20,004 nucleotides of DNA from IMG/VR virus record IMGVR_UViG_2698536418_000005; one strand, written 5' to 3'. Below are positions 9,089 through 16,747 of the stretch, in pieces. The notes below the pieces were generated by a model. The model worked only from the letters and a program-made list of their open reading frames with translations. It did not search any database and had not been told where the DNA came from. A program made the position numbers and the translations under genes. Source of the DNA: a virus. Lineage: Duplodnaviria > Heunggongvirae > Uroviricota > Caudoviricetes. Numbering within the stretch: the stretch's first letter is position 1; each line of letters starts with the position of its first letter.

Positions 9089-9612
9089 TCCGCCCTCCTG
9101 ACGCCCTGCCCGATCGCCATCAATGCCGCTTTGGATACGGTAGTAAACATCCGTCGAGGACTGATGAACGGTCGCCAAATCAGCAGCATGGAGCCTTTGC
9201 TGTTTCCCTTCTTCTCCAGCCCTGTCGATGGTTCGATAAAATTAATCCGTCCATCAGTGATAATGCGAACTTCGTCGACACTCTCCAGAGCCTTGCTGAA
9301 CCATCCGACTGACATATCCTCTGGCACAAGCATCACTACCGTCTGTCGCTGTCGTATGCACTGCTCAGCGGCTTTTTCCACCCACGGCCTGATATTGCTG
9401 TACGGTGGGTTATTCCAGATTGCACCGTGGCTTACCCACTCAGAATTGAGCGCGTCGTCGGCCTCAGTTAGCCAGTGAGCACACAGAGCATTTTTGTCGC
9501 TCGCTGCCGAATCCAGCCAGAATCCAAACTCAATATCCAGTGCATCAAAAAGCCAAAGCGGCGTTTGCCAGCAGTCCTTGTCGTGTGATGGCGTATTTGA
9601 TTTGATAGTCAT
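9085..9612 (-). CDS. Phage orphan DNA N6-adenine methyltransferase (Dam-type)
   Basis: 175 aa from internal Met ([18 protein letters not shown]...); NPPY catalytic motif ([10 protein letters not shown]); no adjacent restriction enzyme; ATGA-coupled to ninB. Confidence 0.8.
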   Translation of the reverse strand: MTIKSNTPSHDKDCWQTPLWLFDALDIEFGFWLDSAASDKNALCAHWLTEADDALNSEWVSHGAIWNNPPYSNIRPWVEKAAEQCIRQRQTVVMLVPEDMSVGWFSKALESVDEVRIITDGRINFIEPSTGLEKKGNSKGSMLLIWRPFISPRRMFTTVSKAALMAIGQGVRRAE

Positions 9613-10055
9613 GCAGCTCTCCCTTTTCGTTGTGACCATTCATACTCTCGCCAGGAGTCATCACTCCACCGCACGTTGCGCTCTGAGCCGAACCAGAACA
9701 TGATTTCGATAAGCTCAGTCATGCTGGCCTTCCGCATTTTGCTGGTACGCACGCCAAGCATGACAACGCCACCGTCGATACCAGGCACACTTCGTTGCTC
9801 CAGTTTTTTGGTCTTAAGCCACAGGGCAGTGAACAGGTCTTTCCAGTCTTCCGGCGCCAGCCGTTGACCATGCCATAGCACCTGACGCGAAACATCGTTC
9901 AGCATCGGCCACATACGGTCATTCTGCGCTTTGCTGCGCTTGGGTTCTTTAACGTGGACTTCGTGGGGTGACTTGTCGTCGATGGGTAGTGAGAGAATGG
10001 CGTCTATGGCGTTATTTCTGATTGCTTCGTTGCGAAGCAGAAAGGTTTGCTTCAT
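9609..10055 (-). CDS. ninB: NinB (Orf recombination mediator family)
   Basis: 148 aa from internal Met MKQTFLLRNEAIRNNAIDAILSLP...; resembles lambda NinB (…VSRQV.WHG…WKDLFTA…) as recalled. Confidence 0.8.
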   Translation of the reverse strand: MKQTFLLRNEAIRNNAIDAILSLPIDDKSPHEVHVKEPKRSKAQNDRMWPMLNDVSRQVLWHGQRLAPEDWKDLFTALWLKTKKLEQRSVPGIDGGVVMLGVRTSKMRKASMTELIEIMFWFGSERNVRWSDDSWREYEWSQRKGRAA

Positions 10056-10248
10056 CTCCTGCTCTCCGGTTCCATTTTTCAGCCGCCGCAGCAACTGATG
10101 GTGCCCATGCCCCCCTGGCTTCACAGAGGTCACATTCTGCATAGCCCCACACATCAATATTTATTCCGGCCTCAACCCACAGACGAGCATTACCGCCGCA
10201 AAACGGACATTCTTTTAGCTTTGGCTGGGTTAATGATAGGTCGCTCAT
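10012..10248 (-). CDS. Lar-family restriction alleviation protein (zinc ribbon)
   Basis: 78 aa from internal Met of track ORF 10012..10455 (MSDLSLTQPKLKECPFCGGNARLW...ECDLCEARG...AAAEKWNRRA); CPFCGG and C-terminal WNRRA are Lar-family hallmarks; AAGGAG RBS 5 nt upstream. Overlaps ninB start by 44 nt. Confidence 0.55.
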   Translation of the reverse strand: MSDLSLTQPKLKECPFCGGNARLWVEAGINIDVWGYAECDLCEARGAWAPSVAAAAEKWNRRAGDEANLSASQRSNQK

Positions 10249-10258
10249 GCTCACTCCT

Positions 10259-10474
10259 TCACTTAAAATCCAGACTCCGGATAATTCTGTTGCGCTGAAA
10301 CTCATTGTTGAGTTTGAACAACCGTCGAAGAACACGGTCACGCGGATAGCGTCGTGCGGCAGGTGAATGCTCATACAACTCATCAAGCGGCAAACTGGAC
10401 GATGAACGATACCGATACCAACGCACCAACTCTTCACGAAAATTAGCCCTGACAAGCTCAGCTATCGTACTCAT
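10259..10474 (-). CDS. Hypothetical Arg-rich small protein (71 aa)
   Basis: ATG with GAGGAGG RBS about 9 nt upstream; occupies the ren-like slot between helicase and ninB; no recognised motif. Confidence 0.45.
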   Translation of the reverse strand: MSTIAELVRANFREELVRWYRYRSSSSLPLDELYEHSPAARRYPRDRVLRRLFKLNNEFQRNRIIRSLDFK

Positions 10475-10606
10475 TTCTTAAAACCTCCTCAAACGCATTC
10501 TGACGCATTTTTCATTCTCGCTGCTTATCGGCATGCCTTGCACGTGCTTACCTCACCACAGAGCGATTGTGATGCCTTAAAAGCGATTTATTGAAGTGAT
10601 ATTTGC

Positions 10607-10885
10607 TTAATCGAAATTCTTTTCTTTGATTCCTGCGGCCCTGATGGCTTTCATTACTGCAATTACCGTTTTGTCACGCCCATCCTCATAACCCATCGCA
10701 TAAGCACCTTCTTCACCATCTTTCCAAAGGTCGTCATTCGATTCGGGCCAGTCGATATCCAGTTCAATAGCAGAGCGCGATGCCTGCCATATCACCCAGG
10801 CAAACTCTTTTAATTCATCGTCTCCCGTGAACTGGCTTTTGTCTTTTGACCACCAGTTTTCAAACTGTCGGTAGCTATCGTTCAC
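10607..10885 (-). CDS. Hypothetical acidic Trp-rich protein (about 92 aa, GTG start)
   Basis: Track ORF 10607..10900 begins at a TTG inside the terminator T-tract; in-frame GTG at 10885 with GGGAGAGGG RBS is the more plausible start. Confidence 0.45.
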   Translation of the reverse strand: MNDSYRQFENWWSKDKSQFTGDDELKEFAWVIWQASRSAIELDIDWPESNDDLWKDGEEGAYAMGYEDGRDKTVIAVMKAIRAAGIKEKNFD

Positions 10886-10898
10886 TTCCCTCTCCCCC

Positions 10899-10929
10899 AA
10901 ATAAAAAGGCCTGCGATTACCAGCAGGCC
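10899..10929 (-). terminator. tR2-like rho-independent terminator after helicase gene
   Basis: Minus strand: GGCCTGC-TGGTAATC-GCAGGCC stem-loop followed by TTTTTATTT, about 25 nt after helicase stop. Confidence 0.6.
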
Positions 10930-10955
10930 TGTTATTAGATCAGTGATGTAGATGG

Positions 10956-12332
10956 TCATACGTCAGCCCCTTGTGCATATCGTCTGCCACGCGAAGCAGG
11001 TGCATTTGATGCTGTGCAAATCTGTCTGGCTTCATCCTGGTCACATGCAACAAAGTGTCCGTTGCAGAACCGCTGGTAAACCGTACCAAGCGAGCCAAAA
11101 CGGTTTTTCGTCACAATGATTTCAGCAAATGGCGCGGCGCTACTGTTCTCGTCATATACCGCCTCCCGATAGAGCATGATGATTGAGTCTGCGTCCTGCT
11201 CAATGCTTCCTGAATCACGCAAATCTGCGTTTGTCGGGCGTTTGTTTGGTCGCTTCTCAACATCGCGCGAAAGCTGACTCAGGGAGATAACAGGCGTTTT
11301 CAGGTCTTTCGCCATCGCCTTCAGGCTTCCGGAGATGTGAGCAATTGCGAGGTCGTTGCGATCTGCTTTCGGCTTCTCAATCAGGCCAAGATAATCCGCC
11401 ATGATGAGTGACAGGTTTGGATTTTCCTGTTTGTGCCGTTCTGCGATTGAGCGAATTTCTTCGACCGATAACCGCGAGGCATCGACTACCCATACATCCA
11501 AATCTGCAAGCTGACTCATGCCGTTAGCAACACGCGCCCAGCCTTCGTCATCCATCGATGCAGGATTTCGCAGTACGCTAACCGACATCCTCCCGGCGTT
11601 GGCAATGCTTCGCTCTGCAATCTGCAATGCGCTCATTTCCATTGAGAAAATCAATACTCCGCGCCGAACGTCAGAACCAGGAATAACGCGGCTTGCAACG
11701 CCTTCGGCAATATTCAGAGCCAGTTCGGTTTTCCCCATACCAGGACGAGCAGCGATTATCACCAGGTCTTCCGCGTTCATCCCTCCGGTGATGGCATCAA
11801 GTTCTTCGATTCCGGTCTTCAGGGTATCTGACTCTTCTCCGTTCCTCAGACGCCTGTCAAGCGTGTCAGTGTAGTCAGTAATGATTTCCCCTAACCGTAC
11901 AGGTTTTACTTCGTCACGGGGCTTTCTGATGGCTGAAAGACGCTTTACAAGCTCATCCATCGCCTGACTCGATGCGTCGATGGTCCCGCCCTGAATTGGT
12001 TCACGCATTTCATCCATGATTTCCAGCACCAGACGGCGGTGATAGTTATCCGCGACCATTCCGGCATATCCTTTCAGGTTTGCGGCACTCGGGCAGTTTT
12101 TGCTGGTCATCAGGATTGACGTGAAATGCTCCTCTCCGCACGCCTCGGCAACCATCAGCGCGTCGATTAGGTTTCTGTTTCGCGCCTGCTTGCGGATAAC
12201 CTCGAAGGCTTTCCGGTAGAGCGGAATTGAAAACGCTTCCGGCTCCAGCGTTGCAAGAACGTCACTGGCGGTTGGAGTTAATCCACCAATCAGCAGGCCA
12301 CCGATAACGCTCGCTTCGATATCCTGTCTCAT
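10956..12332 (-). CDS. Replicative DNA helicase (DnaB family)
   Basis: 458 aa; Walker A ARPGMGKT, DnaB-like N-terminal domain and RecA-like C-terminal core; start overlaps O-like gene stop. Confidence 0.9.
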   Translation of the reverse strand: MRQDIEASVIGGLLIGGLTPTASDVLATLEPEAFSIPLYRKAFEVIRKQARNRNLIDALMVAEACGEEHFTSILMTSKNCPSAANLKGYAGMVADNYHRRLVLEIMDEMREPIQGGTIDASSQAMDELVKRLSAIRKPRDEVKPVRLGEIITDYTDTLDRRLRNGEESDTLKTGIEELDAITGGMNAEDLVIIAARPGMGKTELALNIAEGVASRVIPGSDVRRGVLIFSMEMSALQIAERSIANAGRMSVSVLRNPASMDDEGWARVANGMSQLADLDVWVVDASRLSVEEIRSIAERHKQENPNLSLIMADYLGLIEKPKADRNDLAIAHISGSLKAMAKDLKTPVISLSQLSRDVEKRPNKRPTNADLRDSGSIEQDADSIIMLYREAVYDENSSAAPFAEIIVTKNRFGSLGTVYQRFCNGHFVACDQDEARQICTASNAPASRGRRYAQGADV

Positions 12333-13276
12333 GCAATCCCCCTGTCTGCAAACTTCCCTTCCCGTACTCCCGTTAACGAATCTTCCCTCAGCAGGTAATC
12401 AAAATCTGCCGTCCAGCCAGTGTCGTTGTCTCCGAAGTAAAACGGCTTGGCCTGATGCACAAACGCCCTGACATACGCTCTGAAACCGTCCACGTTTGGC
12501 GTTTTCAGTTGCGGGATGATTTTCTTCAGGCGGCGTTTGCGTTTCTCGTTGACCGCAACAGCATGCGGAAGTCTGTCACCGACTTCGGTGTTGTAGGCGT
12601 TCAGGAAGGATTCGTAGTCGATTCGTTCTGCCTTGCGACGTTCAGGTTTAACCTGCCCATCGCCTCCCCCATTGGGGGGTAGGGGGGTATTATTTATATT
12701 CTTGTTAATACCTTCTTGTTCATGATGTGCGGTTGTTTGTGCGGCTTCATGTGCGCTTTCATGTGCGGTATGTGCGCTGAAAGCCGCGCCATTACTGGCT
12801 TCGTCATGTGCGGCATCATGTGCGGTTGTTTGTGCGGCTTCATGTGCGGGTGAACTGTCCATTTTTTGAGCATATTCATGGTAATTTGTGATGGTTATCA
12901 CACGACCTTTTTGCTTCTCCCCATCAATGGAGATCATCCCCTCTTTCACAAAAACCTGAAGCATCCGCTCAACCTGATCACGGCTTGCCGGCTTGCCATG
13001 CCTGTCGCATAACTGAAGACCTAAATCAGCTGCTGTCACAACCAGTTGACCGGGTTGCAGATGCCATTCATGACCTTTGAAATTCGCTTTGTATGGCTTT
13101 CTGGCGGCATTCAGGAGAAGGTTTTCCCACAGGGTGCGAAGATAAACATCTTTCGCCCATGACTGTTTCAGAATGCTCCGGTACAACGGAATGTAACCAG
13201 TTTTCTGGTTCTCCATCCTGTTGCTCCTGCGCTCGTGTGCGGCGCTGAAATCGTAGATTTTTGCTGTATTGCTCAT
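12329..13276 (-). CDS. Replication initiator, lambda O-like (different iteron specificity)
   Basis: 315 aa; N-terminus [10 protein letters not shown] resembles lambda O start (MTNTAKILNF as recalled); central His/Ala-rich linker encoded by the iteron DNA. Confidence 0.75.
   Translation of the reverse strand: MSNTAKIYDFSAAHERRSNRMENQKTGYIPLYRSILKQSWAKDVYLRTLWENLLLNAARKPYKANFKGHEWHLQPGQLVVTAADLGLQLCDRHGKPASRDQVERMLQVFVKEGMISIDGEKQKGRVITITNYHEYAQKMDSSPAHEAAQTTAHDAAHDEASNGAAFSAHTAHESAHEAAQTTAHHEQEGINKNINNTPLPPNGGGDGQVKPERRKAERIDYESFLNAYNTEVGDRLPHAVAVNEKRKRRLKKIIPQLKTPNVDGFRAYVRAFVHQAKPFYFGDNDTGWTADFDYLLREDSLTGVREGKFADRGIA
12721..12850. repeat. Origin of replication iterons inside the O-like gene
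   Basis: About 9-10 copies of (C)ATGTGCGG at roughly 11-12 bp spacing, flanked at 12670-12720 by GGGGGGTAGGGGGGTA and an AT-rich stretch; analogous to lambda ori within O. Confidence 0.65.
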
Positions 13277-13278
13277 AA

Positions 13279-13551
13279 CTACCTGCCTTGACGAAAGACC
13301 TTAAGAACATCGTTAAACTGACTTACGGATATGTCTTCTTTGAGAAGCTTTTCCAGAAATGCGTTTGGAATGAACGTATATCCCTCCTCTTTTGGTAGAG
13401 ACGAGAGCAACGCCCTCGCCTCAGCCTTCAGAAGCTCAGTTCTGGCAACTTTCACAAAAGAGATTTGAGTTCTTTCATCAATGGAACGAAGGAAGCGCAA
13501 ACGCTTAGCTTCTTTGTGTGTATCAGGTGGATTAAAGCCTTTGTTTCGCAT
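13279..13551 (-). CDS. Hypothetical protein (90 aa) between cII and O-like gene
   Basis: C-terminal 90 aa of track ORF 13279..13860, starting at in-frame ATG with GAGGT RBS; the upstream part of that track ORF is an alternate frame through cII. Confidence 0.45.
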   Translation of the reverse strand: MRNKGFNPPDTHKEAKRLRFLRSIDERTQISFVKVARTELLKAEARALLSSLPKEEGYTFIPNAFLEKLLKEDISVSQFNDVLKVFRQGR

Positions 13552-13559
13552 ATAATTAC

Positions 13560-13628
13560 CTCGTTGGATGTTGTTAAAATTCCATTTGTATTTGATCAGA
13601 ACGCTCGGTTGCCGCCGGGCGTTTTTTA
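13560..13628 (+). ncRNA. oop-like antisense RNA with terminator
   Basis: Plus-strand ...TTCAGAACGCTCGGTTGCCGCCGGGCGTTTTTTATT matches lambda oop 3' end/terminator as recalled; perfect TATAAT at about 13551-13556 upstream; antisense to cII 3' end. Confidence 0.45.
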
Positions 13629-13867
13629 TTGGTGAGAATCGAAGCAACTTGTCGTGCCAATCGAGCCATGTCGTCGTCGACAACACCCCATTCAAGAACA
13701 GCAAGCAGCATTGAGAACTTTGGAATCCAGTCCCTCTTCCACCTGCTGATCTGCGACTTATCAACGCCCACAGCTTCCGCTGTCTTCTCAGTTCCAAGCA
13801 TTGCGATTTTGTTAAGCAACGCACTCTCGATTCGTAGAGCCTCGTTGCGTTTGTTTGCACGAACCAT
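13574..13867 (-). CDS. cII: Transcriptional activator CII, lambda cII-like
   Basis: 97 aa from internal Met of track ORF 13574..13927: MVRANKRNEALRIESALLNKIAMLGTEKTAEAVGVDKSQISRWKRDW... matches lambda CII from memory. Confidence 0.95.
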   Translation of the reverse strand: MVRANKRNEALRIESALLNKIAMLGTEKTAEAVGVDKSQISRWKRDWIPKFSMLLAVLEWGVVDDDMARLARQVASILTNKKRPAATERSDQIQMEF

Positions 13868-13877
13868 ATGTAAGTAT
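13845..13877 (+). promoter_or_regulatory. PRE-like CII-dependent promoter
   Basis: Plus-strand TTGC-N6-TTGC (TTGCGTTTGTTTGC) overlapping the cII start, with AAGTAT -10-like element downstream; directed toward cI through cro antisense, as in lambda. Confidence 0.6.
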
Positions 13878-13936
13878 TTCCTTAGATAACAATTGATTGA
13901 ATGTATGCAAATAAATGCATACACCATAGGTGTGGT

Positions 13937-13969
13937 TTATTTTGATGCCCTTTTTCAGGGCTGGAATGT
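13937..13969 (-). promoter_or_regulatory. nutR (boxA + boxB) N-utilisation site
   Basis: Minus strand: AGCTCTTAC (boxA-like), then GCCCTGAAAAAGGGC (boxB hairpin), between cro and cII; followed by weak ATGCA/TGCAT hairpin at tR1 position. Confidence 0.75.
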
Positions 13970-13986
13970 GTAAGAGCTGGAATGTC

Positions 13987-14202
13987 TTAAGCGGCTTTGT
14001 GTTCCGGAGGGAACACGTCATCAAGACTGACTTTTGCGCCTAACTTGTTTAGGCATGCAACAAGAGCGCGGCATGTTTTAAGGTCTGGGAAGCGACGACC
14101 AGATTCCCAATGCCCAATAGCTCCCTGTGTGCATCCAACCGCCTTAGCAAGTGTTGTTTGAGAGATATTCAGTGACTCTCGATATTTTCGTAGGTTGCTC
14201 AT
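13987..14202 (-). CDS. cro: Cro-like repressor (HTH_XRE type, not lambda Cro)
   Basis: 71 aa from internal Met of track ORF 13987..14442 (MSNLRKYRESLNISQTTLAKAVGCTQGAIGHWESGRRFP...); divergent from cI; GGAGGG RBS. Confidence 0.8.
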   Translation of the reverse strand: MSNLRKYRESLNISQTTLAKAVGCTQGAIGHWESGRRFPDLKTCRALVACLNKLGAKVSLDDVFPPEHKAA

Positions 14203-14228
14203 ATGCCCTCCATAGTAACCATGAGACA

Positions 14229-14257
14229 ATAATACGATATGTACTTTTGAAATGCAA
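14229..14257 (-). promoter_or_regulatory. PR promoter with overlapping operator (OR1-like)
   Basis: Minus strand TTGCAT -35, 17-nt spacer, TATTAT -10; spacer/-10 region AAAGTACATATCGTATTAT closely resembles the PL spacer AAAGTACAAATCGTACTAT. Confidence 0.5.
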
Positions 14258-14313
14258 ACAAAAAATACATCTTGTGCATGGATGGTTTTAGTACAGAGCG
14301 TAATAATAAGGGT

Positions 14314-14973
14314 ATGAAAATGAAATGGTATGAACTGGCTAGATCCAGAATGAAAGAGCTCGGCATAACTCAAGAGAAGTTGGCTGAAGAGCTTGGTATG
14401 ACGCAGGGTGGAATTGGTCACTGGTTGCGCGGATCTCGTCATCCATCTCTTGACGAGATTGGTGTGGTGTTTAAATACCTTGGTATTGATAGCGTCTCAT
14501 TCAACCACGACGGTACATTTTCACCTGTTGGCGAATACTCATCTATCCCCGTTAAAAAACAATATGAGTACCCTGTTTTTTCTCATGTTCAGGCCGGGAT
14601 GTTCTCGCCTGAGCTTAGAACCTTTACCAAAGGTGATGCGGAGAGATGGGTCAGCACAACCAAAAAAGCCAGTGATTGTGCGTTCTGGCTTGAAGTTGAA
14701 GGTAATTCCATGACCGCACCAACAGGATCCAAGCCAAGCTTTCCTGACGGGATGTTAATTCTCGTTGACCCTGAGCAGGCTGTTGAGCCAGGTGATTTCT
14801 GCATAGCCAGACTTGGTGGTGACGAGTTTACTTTCAAGAAACTGATCAGGGATAGCGGTCAGGTGTTCCTACAACCACTAAACCCGCAATATCCAATGAT
14901 CCCATGCAATGATAGCTGTTCCGTTGTAGGGAAAGTTATCGCCAGCCAGTGGCCTGAAGAGACATTTAGTTAA
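14314..14973 (+). CDS. cI: CI repressor: novel HTH_XRE N-domain fused to lambda-like S24 autopeptidase C-domain
   Basis: C-terminal half ([36 protein letters not shown]...[26 protein letters not shown]...[26 protein letters not shown]) matches lambda cI from memory incl. Ala-Gly cleavage site and Ser/Lys dyad; N-terminal domain differs. Start 14314 or 14320 (track ORF begins at TTG 14272). Confidence 0.9.
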   Translation: MKMKWYELARSRMKELGITQEKLAEELGMTQGGIGHWLRGSRHPSLDEIGVVFKYLGIDSVSFNHDGTFSPVGEYSSIPVKKQYEYPVFSHVQAGMFSPELRTFTKGDAERWVSTTKKASDCAFWLEVEGNSMTAPTGSKPSFPDGMLILVDPEQAVEPGDFCIARLGGDEFTFKKLIRDSGQVFLQPLNPQYPMIPCNDSCSVVGKVIASQWPEETFS

Positions 14974-15004
14974 CAGCCTCACCACTCTAAAGCACACAAC
15001 AATA

Positions 15005-15033
15005 ACCCGACCTTAGTGTCGGGTTTTCTTTTT
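15005..15033 (+). terminator. Rho-independent terminator after cI
   Basis: ACCCGAC-cttagt-GTCGGGT stem-loop followed by TTTCTTTTTT, about 30 nt after cI stop. Confidence 0.65.
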
Positions 15034-15098
15034 CCAAAATATAAACCCATTAAATACAAAGCGTTATAAAAAACCAATTATATTTAGAACAGTTTGTA

Positions 15099-15127
15099 TT
15101 GACTCGATAAAGTACAAATCGTACTAT
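15099..15127 (+). promoter_or_regulatory. PL promoter with overlapping operator palindrome (OL1-like)
   Basis: TTGACT -35, 17-nt spacer, TACTAT -10; palindrome AGTACAAATCGTACT at about 15111-15125 overlaps spacer/-10. Confidence 0.5.
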
Positions 15128-15166
15128 TTAGCCATCAGCAGGACGCACTGACCACCATGAAGGTGA

Positions 15167-15197
15167 TGCTCTTAAAAATTAAGCCCTGAAGAAGGGC
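15167..15197 (+). promoter_or_regulatory. nutL (boxA + boxB)
   Basis: TGCTCTTAA (boxA-like) followed by GCCCTGAAGAAGGGC (boxB hairpin), upstream of N; matches lambda nutL from memory with one boxA mismatch. Confidence 0.8.
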
Positions 15198-15369
15198 AGC
15201 ATTCAAAGCAGAAGGCTTTGGGGTGTGGTGAAGGGTTCATGGATGGGAATATGTCGCACGTAAAGCGGCGAGGCCTGCGGAACTATTGCCGAATTGAAGT
15301 CGGCCGAAGCAGGTCGAAATGGGTCTCCCACCTACCACACCACCAAAGCTAACTGACAGGAGAATCCAG

Positions 15370-15702
15370 ATGGATGCACAAACACGCCGCCGCGAACGTC
15401 GCGCAGAGAAACAGGCTCAATGGAAAGCAGCAAATCCCCTGTTGGTTGGGGTAAGCGCTAAACCAGTTAACCGCCCTATTCTCTCGCTGAATCGCAAACC
15501 GAAATCACGAGTAGAAAGCGCACTGAATCCGATAGACCTTACAGTGCTGGCTGAATACCACGAACAGATTGAAAGCAACCTGCAGCGTATTGAGCGCAAG
15601 AATCAGCGCACATGGTACAGCAAGCCACGCAGTGAAATGGGTGTGACTTGCTCAGGCCGCCAGAAGCAACGCGGAAAATCAATTCCAGCTTATTACGATT
15701 GA
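15370..15702 (+). CDS. N: Antiterminator N, lambda N-like
   Basis: 110 aa from internal Met of track ORF 15319..15702: MDAQTRRRERRAEKQAQWKAANPLLVGVSAKPVNRPILSLNRKPKSR... (Arg-rich boxB-binding motif); CAGGAG RBS; C-terminal about 20 aa diverge from lambda. Confidence 0.95.
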   Translation: MDAQTRRRERRAEKQAQWKAANPLLVGVSAKPVNRPILSLNRKPKSRVESALNPIDLTVLAEYHEQIESNLQRIERKNQRTWYSKPRSEMGVTCSGRQKQRGKSIPAYYD

Positions 15703-15710
15703 GGTGAGCC

Positions 15711-15848
15711 ATGCTCAAGACAGTCAAACGCCGACTTTACAAAGAAGGTAGATATTCATGCCAGTTGCCAAAATGCGACACAACAAAATGGAGTGTCGAT
15801 GATTGGTGTAACTGGATAGATAGATGCGGAACTTGGTGGGATAAATAA
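15711..15848 (+). CDS. Possible small Cys/Trp-rich protein (45 aa)
   Basis: ATG 8 nt after N stop, GAGGTGAG RBS overlapping the N stop; MLKTVKRRLYKEGRYSCQLPKCDTTKWSVDDWCNWIDRCGTWWDK; below track cutoff. Confidence 0.35.
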   Translation: MLKTVKRRLYKEGRYSCQLPKCDTTKWSVDDWCNWIDRCGTWWDK

Positions 15849-15902
15849 CAGGTAACTTAAGCGGATTTATTTTCGCAGCAAACCACTTATTTGAGGTGAG
15901 AT

Positions 15903-16373
15903 ATGACAAAATCATGGAGCGTACCTTTTCCTGAATCAGAAACTGAACATGATGGAATGCCTGTTTTCTGGAGATTCCAGGCGACAGTTGAAGAAGATGG
16001 GATAAAAATATTCGCACTTCAATATATAGCTTTTCATCAGACAGACCATTATGCATGGTTGGTTCCTGCGCATTGGATTGTTAATTTTAAACCAGTACCA
16101 AATCAGTGGTTACAGGAATGGAAACAAAGGAGAAATAGATATGCAATTAAGAAAGTAGCAAAAAATGCAGAAAGATCTTTTGCATTCCCAACGAAGAAAC
16201 TTGCCATTGAAAGTTTATTGCGCCGGAAGAAATACCATTTAATGAGAATCAAACAAGATTTGGCTGTTGTATCAACTCTTGTTGATGGGATGAAGAATAT
16301 TGATACATCAACACCAGATATTGAATATAACTTTGGACACAACCAAGAAACAGAAAATTGGGTATTCTACTAG
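15903..16373 (+). CDS. Hypothetical protein A (156 aa), AT-rich accessory cassette, first gene
   Basis: Track ORF with GAGGTGAG RBS 4-5 nt upstream of ATG; AT-rich DNA unlike flanking phage DNA; no recognisable motifs; basic C-terminal half. Confidence 0.6.
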   Translation: MTKSWSVPFPESETEHDGMPVFWRFQATVEEDGIKIFALQYIAFHQTDHYAWLVPAHWIVNFKPVPNQWLQEWKQRRNRYAIKKVAKNAERSFAFPTKKLAIESLLRRKKYHLMRIKQDLAVVSTLVDGMKNIDTSTPDIEYNFGHNQETENWVFY

Positions 16374-16420
16374 GACGCATAGTCGGCCTTTATTTTTGGC
16401 ATAAACAATATGGGGTAAAA

Positions 16421-16747
16421 ATGAAAGTTTTAATGGTTTATGAAAATGTTCCAGAGTCGACTGAAATCTATATTTTTGATGCCAATGAAGATGAAGTTAA
16501 CGATTTGAAATTGTCTCACGGCAATTACACAAATGCTAATTGCGATGAAAGTATCGAAAAAGCACTATCACGAGTTCTTGTCAGAATTAGTGTTCCAGAA
16601 CATTGTGATGATGATTGGCTTTCTTATTGTGGAGCGGTAAAAACTGATGCAGGAAAATGGAGTAAAAGTAAAGTTGATAACTCAACTCCAATCATTATGA
16701 AAGATAGTGATATTGAAATGGTAATAATAACCGGAATGATTATGTAG
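16421..16747 (+). CDS. Hypothetical protein B (108 aa), AT-rich accessory cassette, second gene
   Basis: Internal ATG of track ORF 16358..16747 preceded by GGGG(T) RBS-like element; acidic, Cys-containing (NANCDE, HCDDDWLSYCG); no recognisable motifs. Confidence 0.55.
   Translation: MKVLMVYENVPESTEIYIFDANEDEVNDLKLSHGNYTNANCDESIEKALSRVLVRISVPEHCDDDWLSYCGAVKTDAGKWSKSKVDNSTPIIMKDSDIEMVIITGMIM

Noticed and set aside
8954-9478. Plus-strand 174-aa ORF
   Set aside because: Antisense to the Dam-type methyltransferase and NinE genes; no RBS.
11518-11874. Plus-strand 118-aa ORF
   Set aside because: Antisense to the DnaB-family helicase CDS.
12694-12879. 61-aa His/Pro/Lys-repeat ORF on minus strand, and the possibility of a CRISPR array
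   Set aside because: It is an alternate frame through the ori iterons inside the O-like gene. The repeats are about 8-12 bp at about 11-bp spacing without unique spacers, so they are not CRISPR.
13552-13860. N-terminal 103 codons of the 193-aa track ORF 13279..13860
   Set aside because: This part is an alternate frame running through cII; only the C-terminal 90 aa downstream of cII with its own RBS is plausible.
14408-14837. ORFs of 101 aa (plus) and 82 aa (minus) inside cI
   Set aside because: Alternate or antisense frames within the well-supported cI CDS.
15417-16342. Minus-strand ORFs (60, 62, 110, 79 aa) antisense to N and to the AT-rich cassette
   Set aside because: Antisense to CDSs with good RBS; in AT-rich DNA such frames stay open by chance; translations are low-complexity.
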